A DNA stretch of 64,000 nucleotides from Candidatus Iainarchaeum sp. (lineage in GTDB: Archaea > Iainarchaeota > Iainarchaeia > Iainarchaeales > JAZDFD01). The first letter of the stretch is position 1. Each line of letters begins with the position of its first letter. Where the stretch lies: assembly GCA_043808155.1 (NCBI GenBank), contig JAZDFD010000028.1:17870-81869 (forward strand). Reading direction: 5' to 3'. This document shows positions 30,849 to 39,145 of the stretch, one piece after another. Both the position numbers and the translations under genes were made by a program. The notes beneath the pieces are model-generated. The model did no database searches and was not told where the DNA came from. It saw nothing but the letters and a program-made list of their open reading frames with translations.

Positions 30849-31256
30849 ATGGCAAGAGTAGAAGAAACATGGCGCGGTAAAAAGATCGAAGATCTTAAAT
30901 CAATGGATATTTCAGAATTTATGAAATTGATAGATTCAAGAGCAAGAAGAAGTATGAAAAGAGGTTTTGATAAAAAGCTCATGAAACAGATTGACAATTA
31001 TGCTGAAAAAATCAAAGATGGAAAATACCAAAAACCAATAAAAACACACCTGAGAGACACGATTGTGATTCCAAAAATGCTGGGACTTAAATTTGCAGTT
31101 TACAGAGGAAACAAGTTTGAGGATATTGACATCGTACCAAATATGCTCGGGCATTTTTTGGGTGAATTTGCACTTACAAGAAAAAGACTTCAGCATGGAA
31201 AGGCAGGAATTGGTGCAACAAGATCAAGTACTGCACTGAAGACAAAGAGAGTCTAA
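30849..31256 (+). CDS. rps19: Ribosomal protein uS19
   Basis: IKTHLRD, MLGHFLGEF, GIGATRSS. Confidence 0.95.
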   Translation: MARVEETWRGKKIEDLKSMDISEFMKLIDSRARRSMKRGFDKKLMKQIDNYAEKIKDGKYQKPIKTHLRDTIVIPKMLGLKFAVYRGNKFEDIDIVPNMLGHFLGEFALTRKRLQHGKAGIGATRSSTALKTKRV

Positions 31257-31264
31257 TGTGAAAA

Positions 31265-31403
31265 ATGATGATTAAGAAATATGAAAAAGCGGGTTATGAC
31301 AGTGCCATCGCAGATGGCACGCGGAGCACCCCGTACGCAACCCTATTTCAACTCAGGGTTGAAATGGGCGCATTTCACAAAAAAGTGAAATAGCGTCGAG
31401 TAG
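31265..31403 (+). repeat. Junction repeat copy E with inserted double-hairpin module, overlapping a 42-aa mini-ORF (31265-31393)
   Basis: GTGCCATC/GATGGCAC stem, CGGAGCACCCCGTACG core, module shared with 8557-8609. Confidence 0.82.
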
Positions 31404-31412
31404 TGATTGAAA

Positions 31413-31886
31413 ATGGCTAAAAGAGAATATCAGAAAAAAGTGAAAAATGAAGCAAAGATTGCAAAAGCGATAGCTGCGAATAAGCCAATTTCAGTTAAAT
31501 ATGCGACAGAAATGTGCAGAGAAATTAAGGGAAGACCTGTAAACAAAGTTGAGAAATTTTTAAACAGAATAATGAACAAAGAGGATTTCTTACCTCTTAA
31601 AAGATATGTGAAGAAAGTAGCACACAGAAAAGGTGACTCAAAATCAGGAACTAAAACAGGAAAATATCCAATAAGAGTTGCAAATGCATTTCTTGAACTT
31701 ATTCAAACTGCAAAAGCAAATGCAGATTTCAAAGGCATTGATACAGAATCGCTTTTGGTTTATCATGCATTTGCATCAACAGGTTTCAGAAGACACAGTG
31801 CACAGGCAAAAGGTCACATCGGCGGAAAGCGCAGAAGAAGTAAATCAACACATATTGAAATCATGCTTATAGAGGGAAAAAAATGA
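31413..31886 (+). CDS. rpl22: Ribosomal protein uL22
   Basis: ISVKYATEMCREIKG, GKYP, THIEI. Confidence 0.94.
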   Translation: MAKREYQKKVKNEAKIAKAIAANKPISVKYATEMCREIKGRPVNKVEKFLNRIMNKEDFLPLKRYVKKVAHRKGDSKSGTKTGKYPIRVANAFLELIQTAKANADFKGIDTESLLVYHAFASTGFRRHSAQAKGHIGGKRRRSKSTHIEIMLIEGKK

Positions 31887-32845
31887 TTGAAAGAACATTT
31901 ATCAAACAGGCAATGAAAAAAATAGAGCTTGAGAAGTACATGAGAACCAATCTTGACAAAGCAGGGTTTACACACTTAGACATTGTGAAAACACCGTTGG
32001 TTACAAGAATCGTGCTTAATGTTACAAAACCAGGTCTGGCAATTGGAAAAGGCGGACAGACAATAAGACAACTTACAGAAGATATTGAAACAAAATTTGG
32101 AATTAACAATCCTCAGATAGAAATTAAGGAAATTGAAAATCCAACATTAGATGCACAGGCAACAGTTGACAAAATGGTTGCATTACTTGAAAGAGGTTTC
32201 AGCTGGAGAAGTATTGCATTCAGAACTGTAAAAGACATTATGGCTGCAGGTGCGCAGGGTTGTGAACTTGTGCTTAGCGGAAAATTAACAGGAAAAGGCG
32301 GAAGAAAAAGAAAGCAGAGAATTGCAGAAGGATATATGAAAAAAGTTGGACACCAAACAGAGTTAGTTGATTATGCAAAAAAATCCGCATACCCAAAAGC
32401 AGGTGCAATTGGAATTAAATTGAGAATAATTAAACCAGGAGTACAGTTCCCAGATAAAATAAAAATCAATGACATAATCACAAAGAAAAAAGCTCCTATC
32501 GTAGAAAAAGAAAATGCAGATGCTGGAAAAACAGAAGTTACTGGTATCAAAGAAGAAGTGAAAATCGAAGTTAAAGAAAAAACTGAAAAGAAAGCAGAAG
32601 TTAAAGTTGAGAAGAAAGATAAGAAACCAGTAGCATATAAAAAAGATGCTAAAAAAGAAGTGACGAACGAAAAGAAAACAGATAAAAAGGAAGCAAAGAA
32701 ATTTGATAAACCAAAAGAAGAAAAGAAAAAATCAGATGACAAGAAAGAAACCAAAGTGAAAGAAGAAAAAGTTGACGACAAAAAAACTGAAAAGAAAGAA
32801 GTGAAAAAAGAAGATAAAAAATCAGATGAGAAAAAAGATAAGTGA
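31883..32845 (+). CDS. rps3: Ribosomal protein uS3 with long K/E/D C-tail
   Basis: KPGLAIGKGG KH motif, GAQGCELVLSGKL. Confidence 0.95.
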   Translation: MIERTFIKQAMKKIELEKYMRTNLDKAGFTHLDIVKTPLVTRIVLNVTKPGLAIGKGGQTIRQLTEDIETKFGINNPQIEIKEIENPTLDAQATVDKMVALLERGFSWRSIAFRTVKDIMAAGAQGCELVLSGKLTGKGGRKRKQRIAEGYMKKVGHQTELVDYAKKSAYPKAGAIGIKLRIIKPGVQFPDKIKINDIITKKKAPIVEKENADAGKTEVTGIKEEVKIEVKEKTEKKAEVKVEKKDKKPVAYKKDAKKEVTNEKKTDKKEAKKFDKPKEEKKKSDDKKETKVKEEKVDDKKTEKKEVKKEDKKSDEKKDK

Positions 32846-32850
32846 TATTT

Positions 32851-32937
32851 ATGAATACGGGAAAAAATTATTACCGCAGTATCGAACGAAGTGAAGATAC
32901 TGCACATAAATCGGAGCACCCGTACGAAATCGGGTAG
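32851..32937 (+). repeat. Junction repeat copy B, within a 28-aa mini-ORF
   Basis: GCAGTATC/GATACTGC stem plus conserved core; reads MNTGKNYYRSIERSEDTAHKSEHPYEIG*. Confidence 0.9.
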
Positions 32938-32945
32938 TGATAGTT

Positions 32946-33155
32946 ATGACAAATAAAGAAGCTAAATCATTCAGGGAGCTTCCAAAAGAAGAACTGAATG
33001 AAAAATTAGTGGATTTGCAAACAGAGCTTGCAAAAGAAAGAGCAACAGTTGCGTCTGGTACGCGACCTGAAAATCCTGGGAACATCAGGAAGCTCAGAAG
33101 AAATATTGCAAGACTTAAAACAATAATTAATGAAAAAAATGAGGTGACTAAGTAG
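32946..33155 (+). CDS. rpl29: Ribosomal protein uL29
   Basis: ENPGNIRKLRRNIARLKT. Confidence 0.94.
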   Translation: MTNKEAKSFRELPKEELNEKLVDLQTELAKERATVASGTRPENPGNIRKLRRNIARLKTIINEKNEVTK

Positions 33156-33157
33156 CA

Positions 33158-33460
33158 ATGGAAGATATTTGTCCTAAATGCGGTCTCCCGCAAAACCTTT
33201 GTGTTTGCCAGGAGATTGCGAAGGAAAGCCAAAAAATAAAAATAAGAACTGACAAAAGAAGATTTGGTAAATTAGTGACAATTGTTTCGGGTTTGGATGA
33301 ATCAAAAAGTGCAGATCAATTATGCAAGGAACTAAAAAGAAAACTTGCGTGTGGTGGCACTGTGAGAAACTCGGAAATTTTATTGCAAGGAAACCATAGT
33401 AAAAAAGTGAAAGCCTTTCTGCTAAAGCAGGGATATAAAGAGGAATTAATTGATGATTAA
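33158..33460 (+). CDS. Translation initiation factor aIF1 (SUI1)
   Basis: CPKCGLP..LCVC, KRRFGK, LACGGTV, LQGNH. Confidence 0.93.
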   Translation: MEDICPKCGLPQNLCVCQEIAKESQKIKIRTDKRRFGKLVTIVSGLDESKSADQLCKELKRKLACGGTVRNSEILLQGNHSKKVKAFLLKQGYKEELIDD

Positions 33461-33764
33461 GGGAAAACATTATGAAATAACACAAAAAAATCTGCCTGCA
33501 CATGAGCTTATCGGGCTTAATGCAAAGGTTGTGAAAAGTGTTGATTCAAAAAAAACCGGAGTTAAGGGAAAAGTTGTAAATGAAACAAAAAATATTCTGG
33601 AATTGGAGAACAACAGCGTTATAAAAAAAATCCCGAAAAAAGAAGTTGTGTTTGAATTTGAAATTGGAAATGAAAAAATTATAATTGACGGAAAAATGTT
33701 AAATGAAAAACCAGAGAATCGTGTAAAGGAGTTTTGGAGGAAATACCATGGAAAACTGCAATGA
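33453..33764 (+). CDS. rnp1: RNase P protein Rpp29
   Basis: HELIGL, GKVVNETKN, IPK; synteny. Confidence 0.92.
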   Translation: MIKGKHYEITQKNLPAHELIGLNAKVVKSVDSKKTGVKGKVVNETKNILELENNSVIKKIPKKEVVFEFEIGNEKIIIDGKMLNEKPENRVKEFWRKYHGKLQ

Positions 33765-34083
33765 CCCAAAGTGCCCAAAATGCGGCAATATCAAAGTAAG
33801 GGGCAATATTTTCACAGGTATTGTAACATCTGCAAAAGCAGATAAGACAGTCACTGTTGAAAGACAGTTAGTTAAAAAAGTTAGAAAATATGAAAGATAC
33901 AAAAAAATAAGATCCAAAATCCATGCACACAATTCAAAATGTGTTTCAGCAAAAGAAGGCGACACAGTAAGAATTGGAGAAACAAGAAAATTAAGCAAAA
34001 CAAAAAGTTTTGTTGTGATGGACATTCTTAACAAAGGGTCAGATGAAAAGCCAAAAACAGATAAGAAAAAGGTGAAAAAATGA
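33748..34083 (+). CDS. rps17: Ribosomal protein uS17
   Basis: CNDPKCP, KYERY, ETRKLSKTK. Confidence 0.95.
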   Translation: MENCNDPKCPKCGNIKVRGNIFTGIVTSAKADKTVTVERQLVKKVRKYERYKKIRSKIHAHNSKCVSAKEGDTVRIGETRKLSKTKSFVVMDILNKGSDEKPKTDKKKVKK

Positions 34084-34478
34084 AAGCAATCAGCGCCAGA
34101 AGGACCATGGGTTTAACACAAAAAAGCAGATGCGTTTGCGCAGACAACTCAGGCGCAAAAGAGGTTGAAATCATCACAGTTTTTGGTCACAAATCAAGAA
34201 AAAAGATGAGTCCAAAAGGCGGAATCGCAGATATGGTTAATGTTGTTGTAAAAAAAGGAAAACCCGAAATCAGAAAAAAAGTTGAGCGTGCAGTTATTGT
34301 AAGAGTGAAACAAGAATACAGAAGAGCAAATGGCATGAGAGTAAAATTCGAAGACAATGCAGTTGTTCTTGTGGATAATAAGGGAATTCCTAAAGGAAGT
34401 GAAATTAAAGGTGCAGTTGCAAAAGAAGCTGCAGAAAGATGGGTAAAAATCGGGGGCATTGCCTCAGTAGTAGTATAG
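34080..34478 (+). CDS. rpl14: Ribosomal protein uL14
   Basis: CADNSGAK, FEDNAVV. Confidence 0.95.
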   Translation: MKAISARRTMGLTQKSRCVCADNSGAKEVEIITVFGHKSRKKMSPKGGIADMVNVVVKKGKPEIRKKVERAVIVRVKQEYRRANGMRVKFEDNAVVLVDNKGIPKGSEIKGAVAKEAAERWVKIGGIASVVV

Positions 34479-34487
34479 GTGGATTAA

Positions 34488-34964
34488 ATGAAAAGCTCAA
34501 AACCAAGAAAACAAAGAAAAGCGCTTTACACAAGAACTGTTCATAAAAAACAGAATGACTTAGCAGGGCATCTGAGTAAAGAACTCAGAAAAGAGCTGAA
34601 ACAAAGATCAATTCCTCTGAGAAAAGAAGACAAAGTTAAGATTATGAGAGGGTCACACAAGGCAAGAGAAGGAAAAATAATTGATGTTAATTACACCAAG
34701 GGATTTGTGTATATTGAAAAAGTTATCAGAAAAAAGGCAGACGGAACTGAAGTGCCGGTGCCGGTAAGAGCGTCAAATGTAATGGTTGTTGGCCTTTACA
34801 GAGATGATGACAGAAGAATTAAAAGAAAAACTCTGAAAAAAGTCACAAAATCCGAAAAAAAAGACAAGAAAGAAAAAGCTTATGACAAAAAAGCATATAC
34901 AAAAGTGAAAGAAGAGAAATCTGAAAAAAAGGAAGATAATAAAGCTAAGGCGAAGGTGAAATAA
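34488..34964 (+). CDS. rpl24: Ribosomal protein uL24 with K/E C-tail
   Basis: SSKPRKQRK, LSKELR, DKVKIMRG. Confidence 0.94.
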   Translation: MKSSKPRKQRKALYTRTVHKKQNDLAGHLSKELRKELKQRSIPLRKEDKVKIMRGSHKAREGKIIDVNYTKGFVYIEKVIRKKADGTEVPVPVRASNVMVVGLYRDDDRRIKRKTLKKVTKSEKKDKKEKAYDKKAYTKVKEEKSEKKEDNKAKAKVK

Positions 34965-35683
34965 TGGCTAAAAAAGGAAGCAAAAAATCAGAAAAAAGAA
35001 TAAGCACTGATAAAGTCAGAAACATAAAGAAAAAAGAAAAAACATGGACAATAAAGGCAGAGCCAGGACCTCACAAAAAATCAACTTCCGTACCTTTAGG
35101 TTTTATTTTGAGAGACCTTCTTGAAGTAGCACAAAATTTGAGAGAAGTTAAACAGATACTTAACAGTAAAAGCGTCAAAGTAGACGGAACTTTAAGAACA
35201 AGTTACAGATTCCCTGTAGGTCTTTTCGATGTTGTTTCATTCAACAAAGATAAAAAAGGCTACAGATTAGTTTATGATTTTAAAGGCAGATTAATGGTCA
35301 AGGAAATTGAAGGCAAAGAACTTAACAAAAAAATATGTAAAATTACTAATAAAAAAACAGGGAAAACAGGAATTACTGAACTTGTAACAAATGATGGAAG
35401 AATATTCAAAGAAAAAAATGCGAAATACAAAGTTGGTGATTCATTAGAAATTGAACTTCCCGGCCAGAAAATTTCAAAGTCACTTGAATTCGCAAAAGGG
35501 AACACAGCATATGTTTCAGGCGGAACGCACATTTCAGCAATGGGAAAAATAACAGAAATTGTTGCAGGAACAATGAAAAGAAAAACACTTGTTACATTGA
35601 AGACTGCAGACAAAGAAGAGTTCAGTACAACTGAAAATAACATAATTGTTATTGGTAAAGAGAAAGGGGAAATAGATATTTAA
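34964..35683 (+). CDS. rps4e: Ribosomal protein eS4
   Basis: PGPH, VKVDG, FPVGLFDV. Confidence 0.94.
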   Translation: MAKKGSKKSEKRISTDKVRNIKKKEKTWTIKAEPGPHKKSTSVPLGFILRDLLEVAQNLREVKQILNSKSVKVDGTLRTSYRFPVGLFDVVSFNKDKKGYRLVYDFKGRLMVKEIEGKELNKKICKITNKKTGKTGITELVTNDGRIFKEKNAKYKVGDSLEIELPGQKISKSLEFAKGNTAYVSGGTHISAMGKITEIVAGTMKRKTLVTLKTADKEEFSTTENNIIVIGKEKGEIDI

Positions 35684-35699
35684 AATTAGAGTGAGTTTT

Positions 35700-36212
35700 A
35701 TGACAGAAAATACAATGCGCACAATCATTGTCGAGAAAGTTACTGTAAATATGGGTGTAGGCCAAGCTGGCGACGAACTCAAAAAATCAAAAACAGTAAT
35801 TGAGACAATTACAGGTGCAAAAGCAATTGAAACAAAGTGTAAAGTTAAACAACCAAAATGGGACATCAGACCAGGTTTACCTATTGGAATTAAAGTTACA
35901 CTTAGAAAAAAACAGGCAACTGACTTTTTGAAACGTGCGATTAATGCAAAGCAAAACATAATCAAAAAAAAGAGTTTTGATATGCAGGGTAACTTCGGAT
36001 TTGGAATCAAAGAACATATTGATCTTCCAGGAGTTAAATATGACCCTAAATTAGGAATACGGGGTCTTGATGTTTTAGTAACACTTAAAAGAAACGGACA
36101 GCGTGTTAAGAAAAGAAAAATTGCAAAAACAAAAATTGGCAAAAAGCACATAATAACAAAAAAAGACGCAATGCAATTCATGAAAGAACAATTTGGAGTT
36201 GAAGTTGAATGA
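35700..36212 (+). CDS. rpl5: Ribosomal protein uL5
   Basis: [26 protein letters not shown]. Confidence 0.95.
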   Translation: MTENTMRTIIVEKVTVNMGVGQAGDELKKSKTVIETITGAKAIETKCKVKQPKWDIRPGLPIGIKVTLRKKQATDFLKRAINAKQNIIKKKSFDMQGNFGFGIKEHIDLPGVKYDPKLGIRGLDVLVTLKRNGQRVKKRKIAKTKIGKKHIITKKDAMQFMKEQFGVEVE

Positions 36213-36379
36213 GTTCCAAAACAAAAGGTCCAAAAAAAGATCTAAAAAAAGAAAAACAAGCAAGAGTATGCACAAATTGCGGGACTAGAAATGCAATCAT
36301 AAGAAAATACAATCTCAATGTCTGCAGAAGATGCTTTAAAGAATTAGCAGAAAAATTAGGCTTTAGGAAATATGGTTAA
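36209..36379 (+). CDS. rps14: Ribosomal protein uS14 (absent from the ORF track)
   Basis: Manual translation, 56 aa: CTNCG...[26 protein letters not shown]. Confidence 0.93.
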   Translation: MSSKTKGPKKDLKKEKQARVCTNCGTRNAIIRKYNLNVCRRCFKELAEKLGFRKYG

Positions 36380-36395
36380 ATGAGGGGTGGTAAAA

Positions 36396-36788
36396 ATGAC
36401 ATTAGTAGATCCAATAGCAAACGCAATGATAAGCATTAAGAATAGCGACATTGCCTCAAAAAAAGAATGTATATTTCGACCTGCATCAAAACTTCTGGGA
36501 AAAATCTTAGAAGTTATGCAAAAAAAAGGATACATCGGAATTTATGAATTCATAGATGACGGACAAGAAGGTATTTACAAAATAGAACTTAAAGGAAAAA
36601 TTAATGATTGTAAAGCAATAAAGCCAAGATATGCAGTTAAGAAAGATGGATTTGAAAAATTTGAAAAAAGATATTTACCTTCAAAGGATGTTGGAATTTT
36701 GATTGTTTCAACACCAGAGGGTGTATTAACACATAAAGAAGCAAAGGAATCCAATGTCGGGGGCAGATTATTAGCTTATATTTATTAA
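36396..36788 (+). CDS. rps8: Ribosomal protein uS8
   Basis: [27 protein letters not shown]. Confidence 0.95.
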   Translation: MTLVDPIANAMISIKNSDIASKKECIFRPASKLLGKILEVMQKKGYIGIYEFIDDGQEGIYKIELKGKINDCKAIKPRYAVKKDGFEKFEKRYLPSKDVGILIVSTPEGVLTHKEAKESNVGGRLLAYIY

Positions 36789-36799
36789 TGGTGTTTTGA

Positions 36800-37342
36800 A
36801 TGAAAACAGGATTTGTGGAAGAAATAATTGAAGTGCCGGAAGGCATTGAATGTGAAATTCAGAAAAAGACAGTTACTGTTAAGAAAGGAGATAAAACAAT
36901 CACAAAAACATTTGATATGATTGGAGTAGTTTTCAAAAAAGAAGGGAACAGAGTTCAGATTTCCACAAAATATCCTAAGAAAAAAACTGCAGCAATGCTG
37001 AAAACAGCAGCGGCTCATTTGAAAAATATGATTAACGGACTTCAGGAAGAATATGTGTATAAGCTCGCAATTATTTATTCACACTTTCCAATGACTGTTA
37101 CAGTTAAAGATGGATTTTTAGAAATAAACAACTTTGCAGGTGAGAAAAAAACCAGAAAAGCAAAGATTATGGCTAATACAAAAGTTGAAGTTAAGGGGAA
37201 AGAAGTTACAGTTAGATCACATAACAAGGAAAATGCAGGTCAGACTACGGCAAATATTGAATCTGCAACAAAAGTAAAAGGAAAAGATAAAAGAATTTTT
37301 CAAGATGGCATTTGGATTACTGAAAAACCAAAGAAAAGATAA
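36800..37342 (+). CDS. rpl6: Ribosomal protein uL6
   Basis: YSHFPM, NFAGEK, DKRIFQDGI. Confidence 0.95.
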   Translation: MKTGFVEEIIEVPEGIECEIQKKTVTVKKGDKTITKTFDMIGVVFKKEGNRVQISTKYPKKKTAAMLKTAAAHLKNMINGLQEEYVYKLAIIYSHFPMTVTVKDGFLEINNFAGEKKTRKAKIMANTKVEVKGKEVTVRSHNKENAGQTTANIESATKVKGKDKRIFQDGIWITEKPKKR

Positions 37343-37353
37343 TGGGTGAAAAC

Positions 37354-37905
37354 ATGGCAACTGCAGAAAAACACAAAACTGATAAAAAAGAAGTGACGAA
37401 AGCAAAGAAAACATCAGTTACAACAAAAAAAGCAGATACTAAAACAAAAACTGCAGAAAAAAAAGAAACAACTGCAAAGAAAAAAACTGCAGAAAAAAAA
37501 CCAGGTGCTAAAAAAACAATTAAAAAAAGCAGTGCTGCAAAAAAAGCACAGGCATTAATTAAAAAGAAAGTTAAGAAACCAAGTTTCAGAGGAAGATTTG
37601 GTTCGAGAAAATTCAGAAGAAAAAGTAACGCAAAATGGGACAAATGGAGAAAACCGCGTGGTATTGATATCAAAGACACCCAGGAAAACGGAACTAGTCC
37701 AAGAACAGGTTATGGTACTTGCAAACTCATAAAGACTATGCACCCTTCAGGATATTATGAAAAAATGATATTTAATCCAAGAGATTTGGACGGTATTGAT
37801 GCAGAAAGATTTGCATTGAGAATTTCAGCAGGTGTAGGAAAGAAAAAAAGGTCTGAAATTGCAAAAAAAGCAAGGGAAATGGGACTACGTATTTTAAACA
37901 GGTGA
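37354..37905 (+). CDS. rpl32e: Ribosomal protein eL32 with long K/T/A-rich N-extension
   Basis: WRKPRGID, HPSG, VGKKKR. Confidence 0.93.
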   Translation: MATAEKHKTDKKEVTKAKKTSVTTKKADTKTKTAEKKETTAKKKTAEKKPGAKKTIKKSSAAKKAQALIKKKVKKPSFRGRFGSRKFRRKSNAKWDKWRKPRGIDIKDTQENGTSPRTGYGTCKLIKTMHPSGYYEKMIFNPRDLDGIDAERFALRISAGVGKKKRSEIAKKAREMGLRILNR

Positions 37906-37909
37906 AAAA

Positions 37910-37987
37910 ATGATTTACAAAAAAAATTATTACCGTGGGATTGTAAATCCCACACATAAATCGGAGCACCCGTACGAAATCGGGTAG
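37910..37987 (+). repeat. Junction repeat copy C, within a 25-aa mini-ORF
   Basis: GTGGGATT/AATCCCAC stem plus core; reads MIYKKNYYRGIVNPTHKSEHPYEIG*. Confidence 0.9.
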
Positions 37988-37996
37988 GTGAAATGA

Positions 37997-38437
37997 ATGA
38001 AACTAGACCAAGTAAAGAGATTAGCCGCAGATGTTCTTAACGTGGGCGTAACCAGAATATGGATTGACCCTAAAGAAGTTGGGAATGTTGCAGAAGTTAT
38101 TACAAAAGATGATGTAAGAGCTTTAGTTGCAGACGGAGTAATCAAGAAAAGAAGAGTGCAGGCACAAAGCCACGGCCATGCACGTTTATTAGCTGAAAAG
38201 AAAAGTAAAGGTCTGAAAAAAGGAAAAGGTAAAAGAAAAGGAAAAGTTAATGCAAGAACACATAGAAAGAAAAAGTGGATTAAAACAGTCCGTGCACAAA
38301 GAGATGAACTTAAAAAACTTAAAACAGAAAACCCTGAAGCAGTTGCAGAAGCAAATTACCATTCTATTTACAGAAGAATAAAAGGCGGATATTACAAAGG
38401 TAGAAAATACGTGAGAAGCGCAGTACTTAAGAAGTGA
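37997..38437 (+). CDS. rpl19e: Ribosomal protein eL19
   Basis: KRLAADVL.VG..RIWIDP, GKRKG, WIKTVRAQR. Confidence 0.94.
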   Translation: MKLDQVKRLAADVLNVGVTRIWIDPKEVGNVAEVITKDDVRALVADGVIKKRRVQAQSHGHARLLAEKKSKGLKKGKGKRKGKVNARTHRKKKWIKTVRAQRDELKKLKTENPEAVAEANYHSIYRRIKGGYYKGRKYVRSAVLKK

Positions 38438-38442
38438 TGATT

Positions 38443-38547
38443 ATGAATTTAGAAGAAAATTATTACCGTGGTTTTGAGCAAAACGAAAAACCACACATAA
38501 CTCGGAGCACCCGTACGAAATCGGGTAGTGCAATACTTAAGAAGTGA
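38443..38547 (+). repeat. Junction repeat copy D, within a 34-aa mini-ORF and flanked by a duplicated rpl19e 3' end
   Basis: GTGGTTTT/AAAACCAC stem plus core; TACTTAAGAAGTGAT at 38424 and 38534. Confidence 0.9.
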
Positions 38548-38553
38548 TAAATT

Positions 38554-39141
38554 ATGGCAAACAAAGCAACATACGATGTTCAATTCAAAAGAAGAAGCAA
38601 TGGTAAAACCAATTACAAAAAAAGACTGGCATTAGTTAAATCAGGAAAGCCAAGATTAGTTGTAAGGAAAACCAACAGCAGAATAATTGTACAGATTATT
38701 GCATATGAGAGACCCGGTGACAAGGTTATTGTAAGTGCAACATCAGTACAGCTTAAAAAATATGGCTGGGCAGGAAACAAAAATATACCTTCAGCATATT
38801 TAACAGGATTACTTTGCGGAATGCGCGCAAAAGAAGCAAAAATTAATCAAGCAGTTTTAGATATTGGATTTAGAACACCTGTTCACATGTCAGTTCCATT
38901 CGCAGCACTAAAAGGTGCACTGGATGCAGGGCTTGACATTCCATTTGATGAAACCGCACTTCCAAAAGAAGACAGAATCACAGGAAAACATATTGAAAAC
39001 TATGCAAATTCATTGGATAGCGAAGAAATTAACAAAAAGTTTTCAAAAATGATTAAAAATAATGTAAATCCAAAAGAAATTACAAAAATATTCCAAAATA
39101 CTAAAGAGAAAATTGTGGGAAACAGTAATGTAAAAGAGTGA
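38554..39141 (+). CDS. rpl18: Ribosomal protein uL18
   Basis: GKTNYKKRL, RLVVRKTN, AYLTGLLCG. Confidence 0.95.
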   Translation: MANKATYDVQFKRRSNGKTNYKKRLALVKSGKPRLVVRKTNSRIIVQIIAYERPGDKVIVSATSVQLKKYGWAGNKNIPSAYLTGLLCGMRAKEAKINQAVLDIGFRTPVHMSVPFAALKGALDAGLDIPFDETALPKEDRITGKHIENYANSLDSEEINKKFSKMIKNNVNPKEITKIFQNTKEKIVGNSNVKE

Positions 39142-39145
39142 TGAT

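Noticed and set aside
30025-38547. Repeat copies as a CRISPR array
   Set aside because: The copies are dispersed between genes with no regular repeat-spacer spacing, and there are no cas genes in the window.
30025-38547. Repeat copies as BHB-type mRNA introns
   Set aside because: No 3-4-3 bulge-helix-bulge could be drawn at the boundaries, and the flanking genes are complete without splicing.
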